Source: a virus (lineage: Duplodnaviria; Heunggongvirae; Uroviricota; Caudoviricetes). Taken from it: a stretch of DNA of 57,747 bases. The DNA is taken from IMG/VR virus record IMGVR_UViG_2917393062_000003, positions 1 to 57,747 of that record; one strand, given 5' to 3'. A model generated the notes under the pieces. That model was not told the DNA's origin. It made no database searches and worked only from the letters and a program-made list of their open reading frames with translations. This document shows positions 27,257 to 36,487 of this stretch, piece by piece (position 1 is the first letter of the stretch; each line of letters opens with the position of its first letter). Both the position numbers and the translations under genes were made by a program.

Positions 27257-27461
27257 TCATGAAGCGCACTTACCTGTAGTGCTGAATGTGCCATCAGATT
27301 ATACGGGGCGCGTACTGGTGTATCTGGAAAAAGGCCGGGTTAAATGCCAGTGCCGTTTAATGGAAAACGAATTTATCAGCACTCTTGCGGGATTTTCTGA
27401 AATGCTCACTAAATCTGGTGTTAGTGCAGACCAGTTACGCGGGGGCGATTATGCGAAATAA
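27249..27461 (+). CDS. hypothetical small protein
   Basis: ATG 27249 overlapping upstream stop. Confidence 0.4.
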   Translation: MHNHEAHLPVVLNVPSDYTGRVLVYLEKGRVKCQCRLMENEFISTLAGFSEMLTKSGVSADQLRGGDYAK

Positions 27462-27669
27462 ACGTGATATTGAAGACCTGGCATTTGAAGCCCTGCACTC
27501 TGCGAAAAAGATCAGGGAAGTCGTCAATATGTGGATGAACAGCCTTAGCACCGATGAATCCGATAGCAGAGAAGAAATTCTTATTTCTTTGTTGTTAGAC
27601 CTGGCAAATACACAGGTTTCTCTGACATCTGATATTGAGCTCGCCGCTAAAAAGCTGCCTCTGGAGTAA
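27451..27669 (+). CDS. hypothetical small protein
   Basis: ATG 27451 overlapping upstream stop. Confidence 0.4.
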   Translation: MRNKRDIEDLAFEALHSAKKIREVVNMWMNSLSTDESDSREEILISLLLDLANTQVSLTSDIELAAKKLPLE

Positions 27670-27799
27670 AAAAACATGAAAAAGAAAAAATTCTGGCTTT
27701 ACTGCCAGCGGTCACGCTCGGCCTGAAATCCGCCCCGGTGATATTTTCCGGGATAAATACGGCAGCACGATAACGATTAAAACTGTCGATGATTTTCGT

Positions 27800-27991
27800 G
27801 TGACCTATATCCGCGAAGGTTATGCGCATCCCTGCGTGTCGTCACATATGCGCTTTGACAGGGAGTTCACCTTGGTAAGCAAAGCACCACCAGCAGAATT
27901 AAGCGACATCGACAGAATCATGCGCGTTACAGGAATGGAACGCATTAAGGCAGTACGTGAAATTATTCGTGAACGGGGAAAGGCAAAATGA
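27800..27991 (+). CDS. hypothetical small protein (GTG start)
   Basis: 63-aa ORF ending in ATGA overlap with the replication gene; weak RBS. Confidence 0.25.
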   Translation: MTYIREGYAHPCVSSHMRFDREFTLVSKAPPAELSDIDRIMRVTGMERIKAVREIIRERGKAK

Positions 27992-30111
27992 AGCGCGCAC
28001 CAAACTTAAAGCACCAGCCAGCCGATAAAATGACGGAGGTTATCATCTTTGCGGGTAGTGATGCGTGGAGCCATGCGAAAGAGTGGCAGGAATGGGCAGG
28101 TAAGCATATTGCCGCCGACAATGTGCCGCCTGTCGTTCTGTCAGATGAACACCTGAAAGATATTACCGGTTATCAAATTATTGATGATAGTCGTCAGTGT
28201 GTGCGTGTTTACCGCGCAGGGCACATCACTGAACGTAGCCTTACACAGATCGTCACGTTGCTGGCTGTGGCTGGCGTGAAGACCGTATACGAATACGCGG
28301 GGATAACTGACACCAGCCCGGCGGATTTATCCGACCAGTTGCCTCGCCTCAAAGACGAATACGAGCGCGGGGAAAGTCTGGTGTTGCCCTTAAAGAAAAA
28401 AATCACAGAAAGCCCGGGTGATGATGAATTAAAGCCCCGCGTTGAAAGCCGCGCCGATGGTGTTTTCTGGGTAACGCCAAAAGTGGATAAGCAGTCAGGC
28501 GAAATTATCCGGCCTGAGACGTGGTTATGTTCCCCGCTTGAACTACTGGGAACGGGGACAATCGGTAAAGAGCATTACCGCGTGATGCGCTGGAAAAAAT
28601 TCGCAAATCATGAAGTCATCACAATGGCGGTTCCGTGCGGTGGCATTGGCGACCGTGACGGCTGGCGGCTGCTGAAAGACCACGGACTGAACGTAACAAC
28701 TAACGGCAAAAATAGGGCTATCCTGGCTGACTGGATGCAGTTAAGCGGAAGCCATGAGGAATGGCAGTTAAGCACAACAACGGGCTGGCATTTTGGCGCG
28801 TACATCATGCCGGACGGTTCGGTCATTGGTGATTGCGAAAAGCCAGTCCTGTTTACCGGAAAAACGGCTGCTGTTAATGGCTATTCCGTGGCAGGAACGG
28901 CGGAGGGTTGGCGCGATACCGTGGCGCGGCTGGCTGGTGGTAATCCGTCCATGATGCTGGGTGTGGCGGTATCGTTATCCGCACCATTAATCGGGCTGGT
29001 GGGTGCTGACGGCTTCGGGGTACATCTTTTCGAACAGTCATCGGCAGGGAAAACCACCACACAGAACATCGCATCCAGTTTATGGGGAGAGCCGGACGCA
29101 CAACGGCTGACCTGGTACGGCACGGCGTTAGGTATCGCCAACGAGGCCGAAGCACATAATGACGGGCTGTTACCCCTGGATGAAATAGGTCAGGCCGGAA
29201 ACGCGCGGGAGGTGTCCACGTCAGCCTATACGCTGTTTAACGGTTCCGGGAAATTACAGGGGGCAAAGGACGGCGGCAACAGGGAGATAAAACACTGGCG
29301 AACGGTGGCAATCAGTACCGGAGAAATGGACGTTGAAACATTCCTCAAAACGGAAGGGATAAAAGTCAAGGCGGGGCAGCTTGTCCGCCTGCTTAACGTG
29401 CCAATGGAAAAAGCCACACAATTTCACGAATACAGCACCGGAAAGGCACACGCAGACGCGTTAAAGGATGCCTGGACAGAAAATCACGGGGCGGCGGGGC
29501 GTGAATGGGTTAAATGGTTGGCAGACCATCAGCAGGAGGCAAAGGACACGGTAAGGGCATGCCGTGAACGGTGGCGCAACCTGATACCGGAGAGCTACGG
29601 CGAGCAGGTACACCGCGTGGGTGAGCGTTTCGCCATACTGGAGGCCGCGCTTGTGCTTTCCGGTCATGTTACTGGCTGGGATGTTCAGGCGTGCCGCGAT
29701 GCCATACAGCATAATTTTTATGCCTGGGTGAAGGAGTTCGGCACGGGTAACAGGGAGTTTAAACAGATGGTTGAACAGGCAGAGGCTTTTTTAGCGTCGT
29801 TCGGATTCAGCAGATACCTTCCGTGGCCCAACACCGACGAGCGTGATTTACCGATTAAAGAGCTTGCCGGATACAGAAAGGGGAGTATCAGAAACGAAGA
29901 TGACGAGTTCCGTTTTTACACGTTCCCGCATGTATTTGAGGGTGAGATAGCACAGGGATTTAATCCGTCTCACTTTGCCCGCGCGTTGAGTGCTGCCGGA
30001 ATGCTGGAAGCGGGTAACGATCGCCGTTACAAGAAAAAGGCGCTCGGCAAAATTGGGGGGAAGCAGCATGTTTTTTACGTGCTGATGTTCCAGCCTGAGG
30101 CAGAAGATTAA
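27988..30111 (+). CDS. satellite replication protein with P-loop NTPase (DUF927-like primase/helicase class)
   Basis: 707 aa; Walker A SSAGKTT; iterons immediately downstream; family name from memory. Confidence 0.6.
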   Translation: MKRAPNLKHQPADKMTEVIIFAGSDAWSHAKEWQEWAGKHIAADNVPPVVLSDEHLKDITGYQIIDDSRQCVRVYRAGHITERSLTQIVTLLAVAGVKTVYEYAGITDTSPADLSDQLPRLKDEYERGESLVLPLKKKITESPGDDELKPRVESRADGVFWVTPKVDKQSGEIIRPETWLCSPLELLGTGTIGKEHYRVMRWKKFANHEVITMAVPCGGIGDRDGWRLLKDHGLNVTTNGKNRAILADWMQLSGSHEEWQLSTTTGWHFGAYIMPDGSVIGDCEKPVLFTGKTAAVNGYSVAGTAEGWRDTVARLAGGNPSMMLGVAVSLSAPLIGLVGADGFGVHLFEQSSAGKTTTQNIASSLWGEPDAQRLTWYGTALGIANEAEAHNDGLLPLDEIGQAGNAREVSTSAYTLFNGSGKLQGAKDGGNREIKHWRTVAISTGEMDVETFLKTEGIKVKAGQLVRLLNVPMEKATQFHEYSTGKAHADALKDAWTENHGAAGREWVKWLADHQQEAKDTVRACRERWRNLIPESYGEQVHRVGERFAILEAALVLSGHVTGWDVQACRDAIQHNFYAWVKEFGTGNREFKQMVEQAEAFLASFGFSRYLPWPNTDERDLPIKELAGYRKGSIRNEDDEFRFYTFPHVFEGEIAQGFNPSHFARALSAAGMLEAGNDRRYKKKALGKIGGKQHVFYVLMFQPEAED

Positions 30112-30132
30112 CCCCTGTGTGAGGTGAAAAGT

Positions 30133-30257
30133 TGCGGGTTATGCGGGTTATCCTGTGTATAAGTGCATTAACTGTATGAATAAAAAGGAAATCAATAACC
30201 CGCACGTAACCCGCAAAACGGCAGTTATAACCCGCAAAAGTGCGATTATAACCCGCA
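30133..30257. repeat. iteron cluster (TAACCCGCA units in both orientations), candidate replication origin
   Basis: two inverted-orientation units at 30133-30150 and four direct units between 30196 and 30257. Confidence 0.6.
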
Positions 30258-30320
30258 GAATTTCACCGTAAGGGTGTAAACAAGCGTAACAATCAACGTT
30301 AAAACCGGAGAACAGACAGC

Positions 30321-30743
30321 ATGACAGCACAGATAGCAGCTTACGGGCGGCTGGTGGCTGACCCGCAGTTAAAGACCACCAGCAAAGGGACACAAATGGC
30401 GATGGCGAGTATGGCAGTTCCCCTGCCGTGCAGCCAGGCAGATGACGGAACGGCGACGATGTGGTTATCCGTCCTGGCGTTTGGCAGACAGGCCGACGCA
30501 CTGGCAAAACACCACAAAGGCGAACTGGTGAGCGTGGCGGGTAACATGCAGGTAAGCCAGTGGACAGGTCAGAACGGCGAAATGCGGCAGGGTTGGCAGG
30601 TCATCGCAGACAGCGTAATCAGTGCGCGAACGGCGCGACCGGGCGGCAAAAAAGGCCAGCAGGGCCAGGCTACTGACGCACTGAACAGGGCAAAACAACA
30701 GGCGGGGAATGATGATCCGTACGGGGACGGGATACCGTTTTAA
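30321..30743 (+). CDS. SSB-like OB-fold protein with acidic C-terminal DGIPF tip
   Basis: 140 aa; Gly/Gln-rich linker and C-terminal DDPYGDGIPF resembling the SSB DDDIPF tail. Confidence 0.55.
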   Translation: MTAQIAAYGRLVADPQLKTTSKGTQMAMASMAVPLPCSQADDGTATMWLSVLAFGRQADALAKHHKGELVSVAGNMQVSQWTGQNGEMRQGWQVIADSVISARTARPGGKKGQQGQATDALNRAKQQAGNDDPYGDGIPF

Positions 30744-30758
30744 GCAGTGAGGTACAGC

Positions 30759-31040
30759 ATGATTAAAGACAGCAAAGCGGAAGAACTGGAGGCTAAAGGG
30801 CTGTACCGGAGAGCGGCGGCGCGTTGGGCTGATGTTATGTGGCTGGTGAGCACTGACAAGGAGCGCGAACAGGTGGCAAAGCGTCGCGCGGAATGTATCC
30901 GTAAGGCAGCGCGCCAACCAGTCATACCGGATAATTTCGGAATACTGAAAGAGGCCATAAACCGCACACATACCGGGATGGGCTTACAGAAACCTGGCGG
31001 TGAGATGTTCAGGAACTACCCGAAAAAAAAGGATAATTGA
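30759..31040 (+). CDS. PerC-like regulator (tentative)
   Basis: MIKDSKAEELEAKGLYRRAAARWADVM; family assignment from memory. Confidence 0.4.
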   Translation: MIKDSKAEELEAKGLYRRAAARWADVMWLVSTDKEREQVAKRRAECIRKAARQPVIPDNFGILKEAINRTHTGMGLQKPGGEMFRNYPKKKDN

Positions 31041-31085
31041 TAACGGTTGTTAACTGTTTCTGGTATCGTGGCAGCAGGAGGAAAC

Positions 31086-31334
31086 ATGCCAGTGACATTT
31101 GAAGAAGTCCAGCAACATAAAAAGCTTCATGATTTTGATGATCTGGAAACCACGACAGTAAAAAAATATCGCCGGCTGCTTTCTTCCGATGCGTTATTTT
31201 TTGTGGATCATCATGATTTTCTGCGTAGCTCACTGACCGGGGAAATTTTCGCAACCAACCGTGAGCAGGTGGAAGCGATGATCGAATATCTGTGGAAAAT
31301 AAGGCGCAGAATGCGTGATCCCGTGAAACGGTAG
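31086..31334 (+). CDS. hypothetical protein
   Basis: ATG 31086 with SD AGGAGG. Confidence 0.45.
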   Translation: MPVTFEEVQQHKKLHDFDDLETTTVKKYRRLLSSDALFFVDHHDFLRSSLTGEIFATNREQVEAMIEYLWKIRRRMRDPVKR

Positions 31335-31343
31335 AATAATAAT

Positions 31344-31372
31344 GGCCTGGTATTTTCCAGGCCATTTTTTTT
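31344..31372. terminator. rho-independent terminator between convergent genes
   Basis: ggcctgg-tatttt-ccaggcc followed by 8 T. Confidence 0.65.
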
Positions 31373-31844
31373 AGAAGTCGATCTCTGTATCGCGATTAAA
31401 TTCATCGCTAAGGTAAAGTGCTTCGCTTGGGCATTTTCCGTTTTCCAGTAATGTTTCCCAGAAATCTTTATCGAAACACCCCTCAAGATACAGATAGCGG
31501 CAGATGTGAAGTAAATCACTTCGTGTCCATCCGTGCATGCTGCTACTTGTTACACCATATTCACTTTCTAGTTTATAGAATGTGAGCGCCTCCCGGTCGT
31601 GCCAGGCTTTGCACAGACGATCGTATATCTTTTTAGCTTTGTTTTTAGATGTGCCGAAAAACTCTTCGTAAATTTCATGTGGGCGAGCAGGAATACTTCC
31701 GTCGCCATCCTGCAAGAAAGGATAAACATCTGCCTCCCAGGCATACACGTAAGAATCGCTGAACTCATCATAGTGTTTACCAAGGTGGAGAATCTGCAAT
31801 CGTTGCTGAATGAACATTGCTTTTTTCAGTTCATTTTCTGACAT
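31371..31844 (-). CDS. opposite-strand cargo protein of unknown function (candidate accessory or defence gene)
   Basis: 157 aa; only minus-strand gene in the satellite core; noticeably lower GC than neighbours; own upstream region. Confidence 0.55.
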   Translation of the reverse strand: MSENELKKAMFIQQRLQILHLGKHYDEFSDSYVYAWEADVYPFLQDGDGSIPARPHEIYEEFFGTSKNKAKKIYDRLCKAWHDREALTFYKLESEYGVTSSSMHGWTRSDLLHICRYLYLEGCFDKDFWETLLENGKCPSEALYLSDEFNRDTEIDF

Positions 31845-32138
31845 AGTTCGTTCCTCCTGATTGACGAGCAGAAAATGTACGGAACAGCTTATTTATTTTT
31901 TCAGGTTTTGTAAATTATTTGTTCGTGGTTGTTCCAGGTTGTTCGGTGATTCTGGCTGATGTTTACATACTGATTTTTATGTATATGTTGGCGTGTGGCA
32001 CTCAGACGTGAGCCGCCACAATGCCGCCTGACCCCCTGCGCGATGCCGGGTTGATCTGCGAGATGCCGGGAGTGTCGGGCGGCGCTCCCTCCGTGTTGGT
32101 TTCACGTCCTGAATCTTAACCAATACGAGAAAACCTTC

Positions 32139-33284
32139 ATGAAGAAATTAATCGAACTCCGCCAGCAAAAAACCGCCCTGAAAAACCAGATGCGATCCCT
32201 GCTGGAAAAAGCCGACAGTGAAAACCGCAGCCTGAACGATGACGAGGGCAAACAGTTTGATGAACTGCGTGCAAAAGCCGATTCCCTCGACACAGAAATT
32301 TCCCGTCTTGAAGCTGTTGCGGATGAAGAACGTAACCAGCCAGGTGTTTCCGTCGAAGAGAAAATCACCAAAGACGAACTGCGCTCTTACATTCTGACCG
32401 GGGAAACCCGCAACCTGTCCGGCAGTGTCCCGGCTGATGGTGGTTATACGGTTATCCCGGAACTGAACAGAGAAATTATGCGTCAGCTTTCTGATGAATC
32501 GGTGATGCGTAAAATCTGTACCGTTAAAACCATTCACAGCAATGAATTTAAGCAACTGGTTTCTGCCGGGGGTGCGGTCGTTGAACACGGCGAAGAAGGT
32601 GCGGCACGTAACCAGACGGCAACACCAAAACTGAATGAAGTCAGTATCCGCCTGTATCCGATCTACGCTTACCCGAAAACCACTCAGGAAATTATCGATT
32701 TTTCCGAAGTCGATATTATGGGCTGGTTATCTTCTGAAATTGGCGACACTTTCGTTGATACCGAAGAAATGGATCTGGTTTCTGGTGATGGCGAGAAAAA
32801 AGCTAAAGGTTTCCTGGCTTTTCCGCGCACTGCGGATAACGACAAAACCCGTCCTTTCGGTACGCTCCAGACGAAAAAAGTTACTGGCAGTCTCAGCGCC
32901 GACATGCTGATTGACCTGAAATTTACGCTGCGCAATAAGTACCGCAAAAAAGCTGTATGGGTGATGAACTCAAATACAGCCGCCTCCGCACAAAAACTGA
33001 AAAATGCCACTGGTGATTACATCTGGCGCGATCGTTTACAGGCTGGTGATCCTGATTCTCTGCTGGGGCTTCCGGTTGAATATCTGGAATTTATGCCGGA
33101 CGGTGTGATTGCAGTAGGTGACTTTAAGCGCGGTTATTTCATCGTTGACCATGAAACCGGTACGCGTACCCGTCCGGATTTCAGCGAACCCGGATTCATT
33201 AACATCTATACCCAGAAATATCTGGGCGGTGGTGTGGTGGATTCGAACGCCATCAAGATTCTGGAAATTCAGGCTGGCAAGTAA
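32139..33284 (+). CDS. HK97-family major capsid protein (satellite)
   Basis: 381 aa; paralogous in architecture to prophage MCP at 41463-42686. Confidence 0.8.
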   Translation: MKKLIELRQQKTALKNQMRSLLEKADSENRSLNDDEGKQFDELRAKADSLDTEISRLEAVADEERNQPGVSVEEKITKDELRSYILTGETRNLSGSVPADGGYTVIPELNREIMRQLSDESVMRKICTVKTIHSNEFKQLVSAGGAVVEHGEEGAARNQTATPKLNEVSIRLYPIYAYPKTTQEIIDFSEVDIMGWLSSEIGDTFVDTEEMDLVSGDGEKKAKGFLAFPRTADNDKTRPFGTLQTKKVTGSLSADMLIDLKFTLRNKYRKKAVWVMNSNTAASAQKLKNATGDYIWRDRLQAGDPDSLLGLPVEYLEFMPDGVIAVGDFKRGYFIVDHETGTRTRPDFSEPGFINIYTQKYLGGGVVDSNAIKILEIQAGK

Positions 33285-33333
33285 TGAGCAAAGGGGGCTT
33301 CGGCCTCCTTTTTCAGCTTTATGGAGTACACCG

Positions 33334-33894
33334 ATGAAAAATACCGATTTTGAAATCCGTACATCTGAACTGACCGCCAGTGATAAAAAACTGGTGGGTT
33401 ATGCCGTTCGCTGGAACAGCCTTTCAGAAATTATCTGGGACGAATTCCGCGAACAGTTTACGCCGGGGGCTTTTGCTGACTATCTGGCGGCGGGTAATGA
33501 TGTGCGCTGCCTGTATGAGCATGACTATACCCGACTGCTGGGGCGCACCAAATCCGGAACACTGGTACTGACTGAGGACAACACCGGGCTACGTTTTGAA
33601 CTGACACCGCCTGATACCCAGCTTGGAAAAGATGTGCTTACGCTGGTGGAGCGTGGCGACATTACAGGAATGAGCTTTGGCTTTCGCGCATTATGCGAAG
33701 AATGGAATATCGCGCAAAAACCGTATCTGCGCACTGTTACCGCCGCAGAACTTCGTGAAATCACGATAACGTCAATGCCTGCTTATCCCGAATCTGGCGT
33801 GGAGATTGCCCGCCGTTCGTTGTTTGCACAGCACCCTGAATTACGCCCGACAGGAAATAATCGTCATCGCTGGGCTGAACTGGCGGGGTTGTGA
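33334..33894 (+). CDS. HK97-family prohead protease (satellite)
   Basis: about 186 aa from MKNTDFEIR with SD GGAG; paralog of 40798-41448. Confidence 0.75.
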   Translation: MKNTDFEIRTSELTASDKKLVGYAVRWNSLSEIIWDEFREQFTPGAFADYLAAGNDVRCLYEHDYTRLLGRTKSGTLVLTEDNTGLRFELTPPDTQLGKDVLTLVERGDITGMSFGFRALCEEWNIAQKPYLRTVTAAELREITITSMPAYPESGVEIARRSLFAQHPELRPTGNNRHRWAELAGL

Positions 33895-33895
33895 T

Positions 33896-35110
33896 ATGTG
33901 GTGGCCTTTTAGTCGTAAAAAAAGCGATCTGCGTAACCTGTCCATTGATGATTTTCTGGCGCTGTCCGGCGTACCGAATACCGGATCCGGAGAATATGTT
34001 TCTGCCGGGACGGCTGAATCATTGCCTGCTGTGATGAACGCGGTTTCTGTCATCGCTGAGGCGGTGGCCACGATGCCGTGTTATCTGTATCTGGTACGTA
34101 ATGACAAGGGCAGGGAGGCGCGGGAATGGCTGGACAGTCACCCGGTCGATATTCTGCTGAATGAGCAGCCTAATTCGTGCCAGACACCTTACCAGTTTAA
34201 ACGCACAATGATGCGTCACTGCCTGCTGAACGGTAACGCCTATGCGGTTATTGAGTGGGGGCGGGACGGTCAGCCAAAATCACTTCATCCTTATGCGCCG
34301 GGTTGTGTTGTACCGGAACGCACTGGCGCACACAAATACCGCTATACCATCACCGAACCCTATACAGGAACGGTGCGCACGTATTTACAGGAAGAAGTCC
34401 TGCATCTCCGCTATGCCTCGGATGATGGCTTTCTGGGACGTTCCCCCGTCACGATTTGCCGTGAGGCGCTGGGGCTTGGCCTTGCTCAACAGCGTCACGG
34501 AGCCAGCATTATGAAAGATGGCATGATGGCGGCAGGGGTTATTACGTCAGGCGAATGGCTGGACGGCGTGAAAGGTAAACAGGCATTAGACGCCCTGGAA
34601 CGCTACAAGGGGGCGAAAAATGCCGGAAAAACGCCAATCCTTGAAGGGGGCATGGATTACAAGCAACTGGGGATGAGTAACCAGGATGCGGAATGGCTGG
34701 CCTCCCGTCGCTTCTCCATTGAAGACATCGCCCGGATGTTCAACGTATCGCCTATTTTTCTGCAGGAATACAGCAACAGCACCTACAGCAATTTCAGCGA
34801 GGCAAGCCGCGCGTTTCTGACCATGACAATGCGCCCATGGCTGGCGAACTTCGAACAGCAAATTAAGGCCGCTTTGCTGGTGGCTTCTCCCGTACCTGGT
34901 ACCCGTTATCTGGTTGAGTTTGATTCAGCCGATTTATTACGCGCCACCCCTACCGAACGTTACGCCACGTATGAGAAAGGGATTAAGAACGGGATCATGA
35001 ATCCGAACGAAGCCCGCGAACGTGAGGGGATGCCGCCGCGTGAAGGTGGCGACGAATTCAGCCAGGCATGGAAGCAGACGGTGGAAATTAAAGGTGAAAA
35101 AGATGAGTGA
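33896..35110 (+). CDS. portal protein (satellite)
   Basis: about 404 aa from MWWPFSRKK; paralog of prophage portal 39579-40820. Confidence 0.75.
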   Translation: MWWPFSRKKSDLRNLSIDDFLALSGVPNTGSGEYVSAGTAESLPAVMNAVSVIAEAVATMPCYLYLVRNDKGREAREWLDSHPVDILLNEQPNSCQTPYQFKRTMMRHCLLNGNAYAVIEWGRDGQPKSLHPYAPGCVVPERTGAHKYRYTITEPYTGTVRTYLQEEVLHLRYASDDGFLGRSPVTICREALGLGLAQQRHGASIMKDGMMAAGVITSGEWLDGVKGKQALDALERYKGAKNAGKTPILEGGMDYKQLGMSNQDAEWLASRRFSIEDIARMFNVSPIFLQEYSNSTYSNFSEASRAFLTMTMRPWLANFEQQIKAALLVASPVPGTRYLVEFDSADLLRATPTERYATYEKGIKNGIMNPNEAREREGMPPREGGDEFSQAWKQTVEIKGEKDE

Positions 35111-35402
35111 AGAAAAAATTACACCTGATGAGGTCAGGGCACATCTTCGCCTTGATAACTTCTACGATGAAGGCGAACTTCTGAAAATGTATACCGATGC
35201 GGCGCTGGAAGCCTGCCAGAAGCATATCGGGAAACGTTTTGAAGACGGGCTGGAATTTACCCCGGCAATACGTGTTGGTTGCCTGATGTACATTGCTTTC
35301 CTGTACGAGAACAGGGAAGCGGTTTCACCTGTGGAGCAGTCTGAACTGCCTATGGCTATTTCTGCGCTCTGGTCGGTTTATCGTGATGTAGGGGTGTACT
35401 GA
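35103..35402 (+). CDS. head-tail connector (gp6-like) protein (satellite)
   Basis: 99 aa; HLRLDNFYDEGELLK pattern shared with prophage 42733-43056. Confidence 0.65.
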   Translation: MSEEKITPDEVRAHLRLDNFYDEGELLKMYTDAALEACQKHIGKRFEDGLEFTPAIRVGCLMYIAFLYENREAVSPVEQSELPMAISALWSVYRDVGVY

Positions 35403-35842
35403 TGCCGTGGCAACCATTAAGGCGATGCACTGAGCCGGGCTGTAATAAGCGCGTGAAGTCCGGCAAGTGCGAAGATCACAGGCGGGCTGCATGGCGTGCA
35501 GAGGATGCCAGACGGGGACACCGCCGCGCGCGCGGGTATTCCCGACAGTGGGACAAATACCGCGCCCTGTACCTGAGCAAAAACCCGTTATGCGTGCGTT
35601 GTCTGGCTAAGGGGATTTATACGCCAGCTCTTGTGGTGGATCACATCATTCCCATCAATGGCGGCGGTGATGTTCTCTTCTGGCCTGAGTGGAATCACCA
35701 GGCATTGTGCCAGACGTGCCACAACCGTAAGACGACACGGGAAGATCCAGCCACGAAAGCGAACCGTAAGGCGGGCATGTATCGCGAGCAGGAAGAACGG
35801 GCGGCACATCGTAACGACTGGATGTATGGCGATGATGACTGA
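35402..35842 (+). CDS. HNH endonuclease (satellite, terminase-associated)
   Basis: 146 aa; Cys-rich, VDHIIPINGGG...CQTCHNRKT motif. Confidence 0.8.
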   Translation: MPWQPLRRCTEPGCNKRVKSGKCEDHRRAAWRAEDARRGHRRARGYSRQWDKYRALYLSKNPLCVRCLAKGIYTPALVVDHIIPINGGGDVLFWPEWNHQALCQTCHNRKTTREDPATKANRKAGMYREQEERAAHRNDWMYGDDD

Positions 35843-36011
35843 ACAGGAGCAAAACAGGCTGATACGTGGACTGATAAGGCAGCGTGACACATGGAAGGCA
35901 CAGGAGACAGGGCACAAAGCCAACAGGACAGGGCGCACAGAACGCACCACAGCGAAGCGATTAACCGACCGTGACCGCGAGGTCATGGAATGTTTTCGCA
36001 ATCGCTGGTGA
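35826..36011 (+). CDS. hypothetical small basic protein
   Basis: 61-aa ORF overlapping HNH stop. Confidence 0.25.
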   Translation: MAMMTEQEQNRLIRGLIRQRDTWKAQETGHKANRTGRTERTTAKRLTDRDREVMECFRNRW

Positions 36012-36130
36012 GGCCGTCAGAGGGGGTGGGGGAGGTTTTCAGGACAAAACCGTCCCTGCCGGACACCGACCGCCTCCTCAAATTTTTGTGCACGGAAATT
36101 TTTTTGAAAATAATTGGGCGAAAAAAGAAC

Positions 36131-36487
36131 ATGGCAAGACCACCAAAAGCCCCCGCTTACCTGGATGAAATCGCGGTCAGGCAGTGGAAGGAAAAATCGC
36201 GCCAGCTTTCCGGGCGGGAAGACCTTACCCCCGCCGACTGGAGCAATCTGGAACTGTATTGCGTTAACTACTCCATATACCGCAAAGCCGTCGAAGACCT
36301 TGCGACGCGCGGCTTCAGCATTGTTAACAGTCAGGGCAGCGAGAGCAGAAACCCCGCCCTGAGCGCAAAGGCTGACGCGGAAAGAATAATGATCAAAATG
36401 GCTTCTTTGCTGGGTTTTGACCCGGTAAGCCGCCGCAGAAATCCACCGGAAACAGAGGAAGAGGACGAGCTTGACCGCCTGGCATGA
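36131..36487 (+). CDS. terminase small subunit (satellite)
   Basis: start MARPPKAPAYLDEIAVRQW; paralog of 21703-22185. Confidence 0.65.
   Translation: MARPPKAPAYLDEIAVRQWKEKSRQLSGREDLTPADWSNLELYCVNYSIYRKAVEDLATRGFSIVNSQGSESRNPALSAKADAERIMIKMASLLGFDPVSRRRNPPETEEEDELDRLA

Noticed and set aside
30133-30257. Possible CRISPR array suggested by short repeated units
   Set aside because: The units are 9 bp with irregular short spacing and mixed orientation, and no cas genes are present; they fit iterons, not CRISPR repeats.
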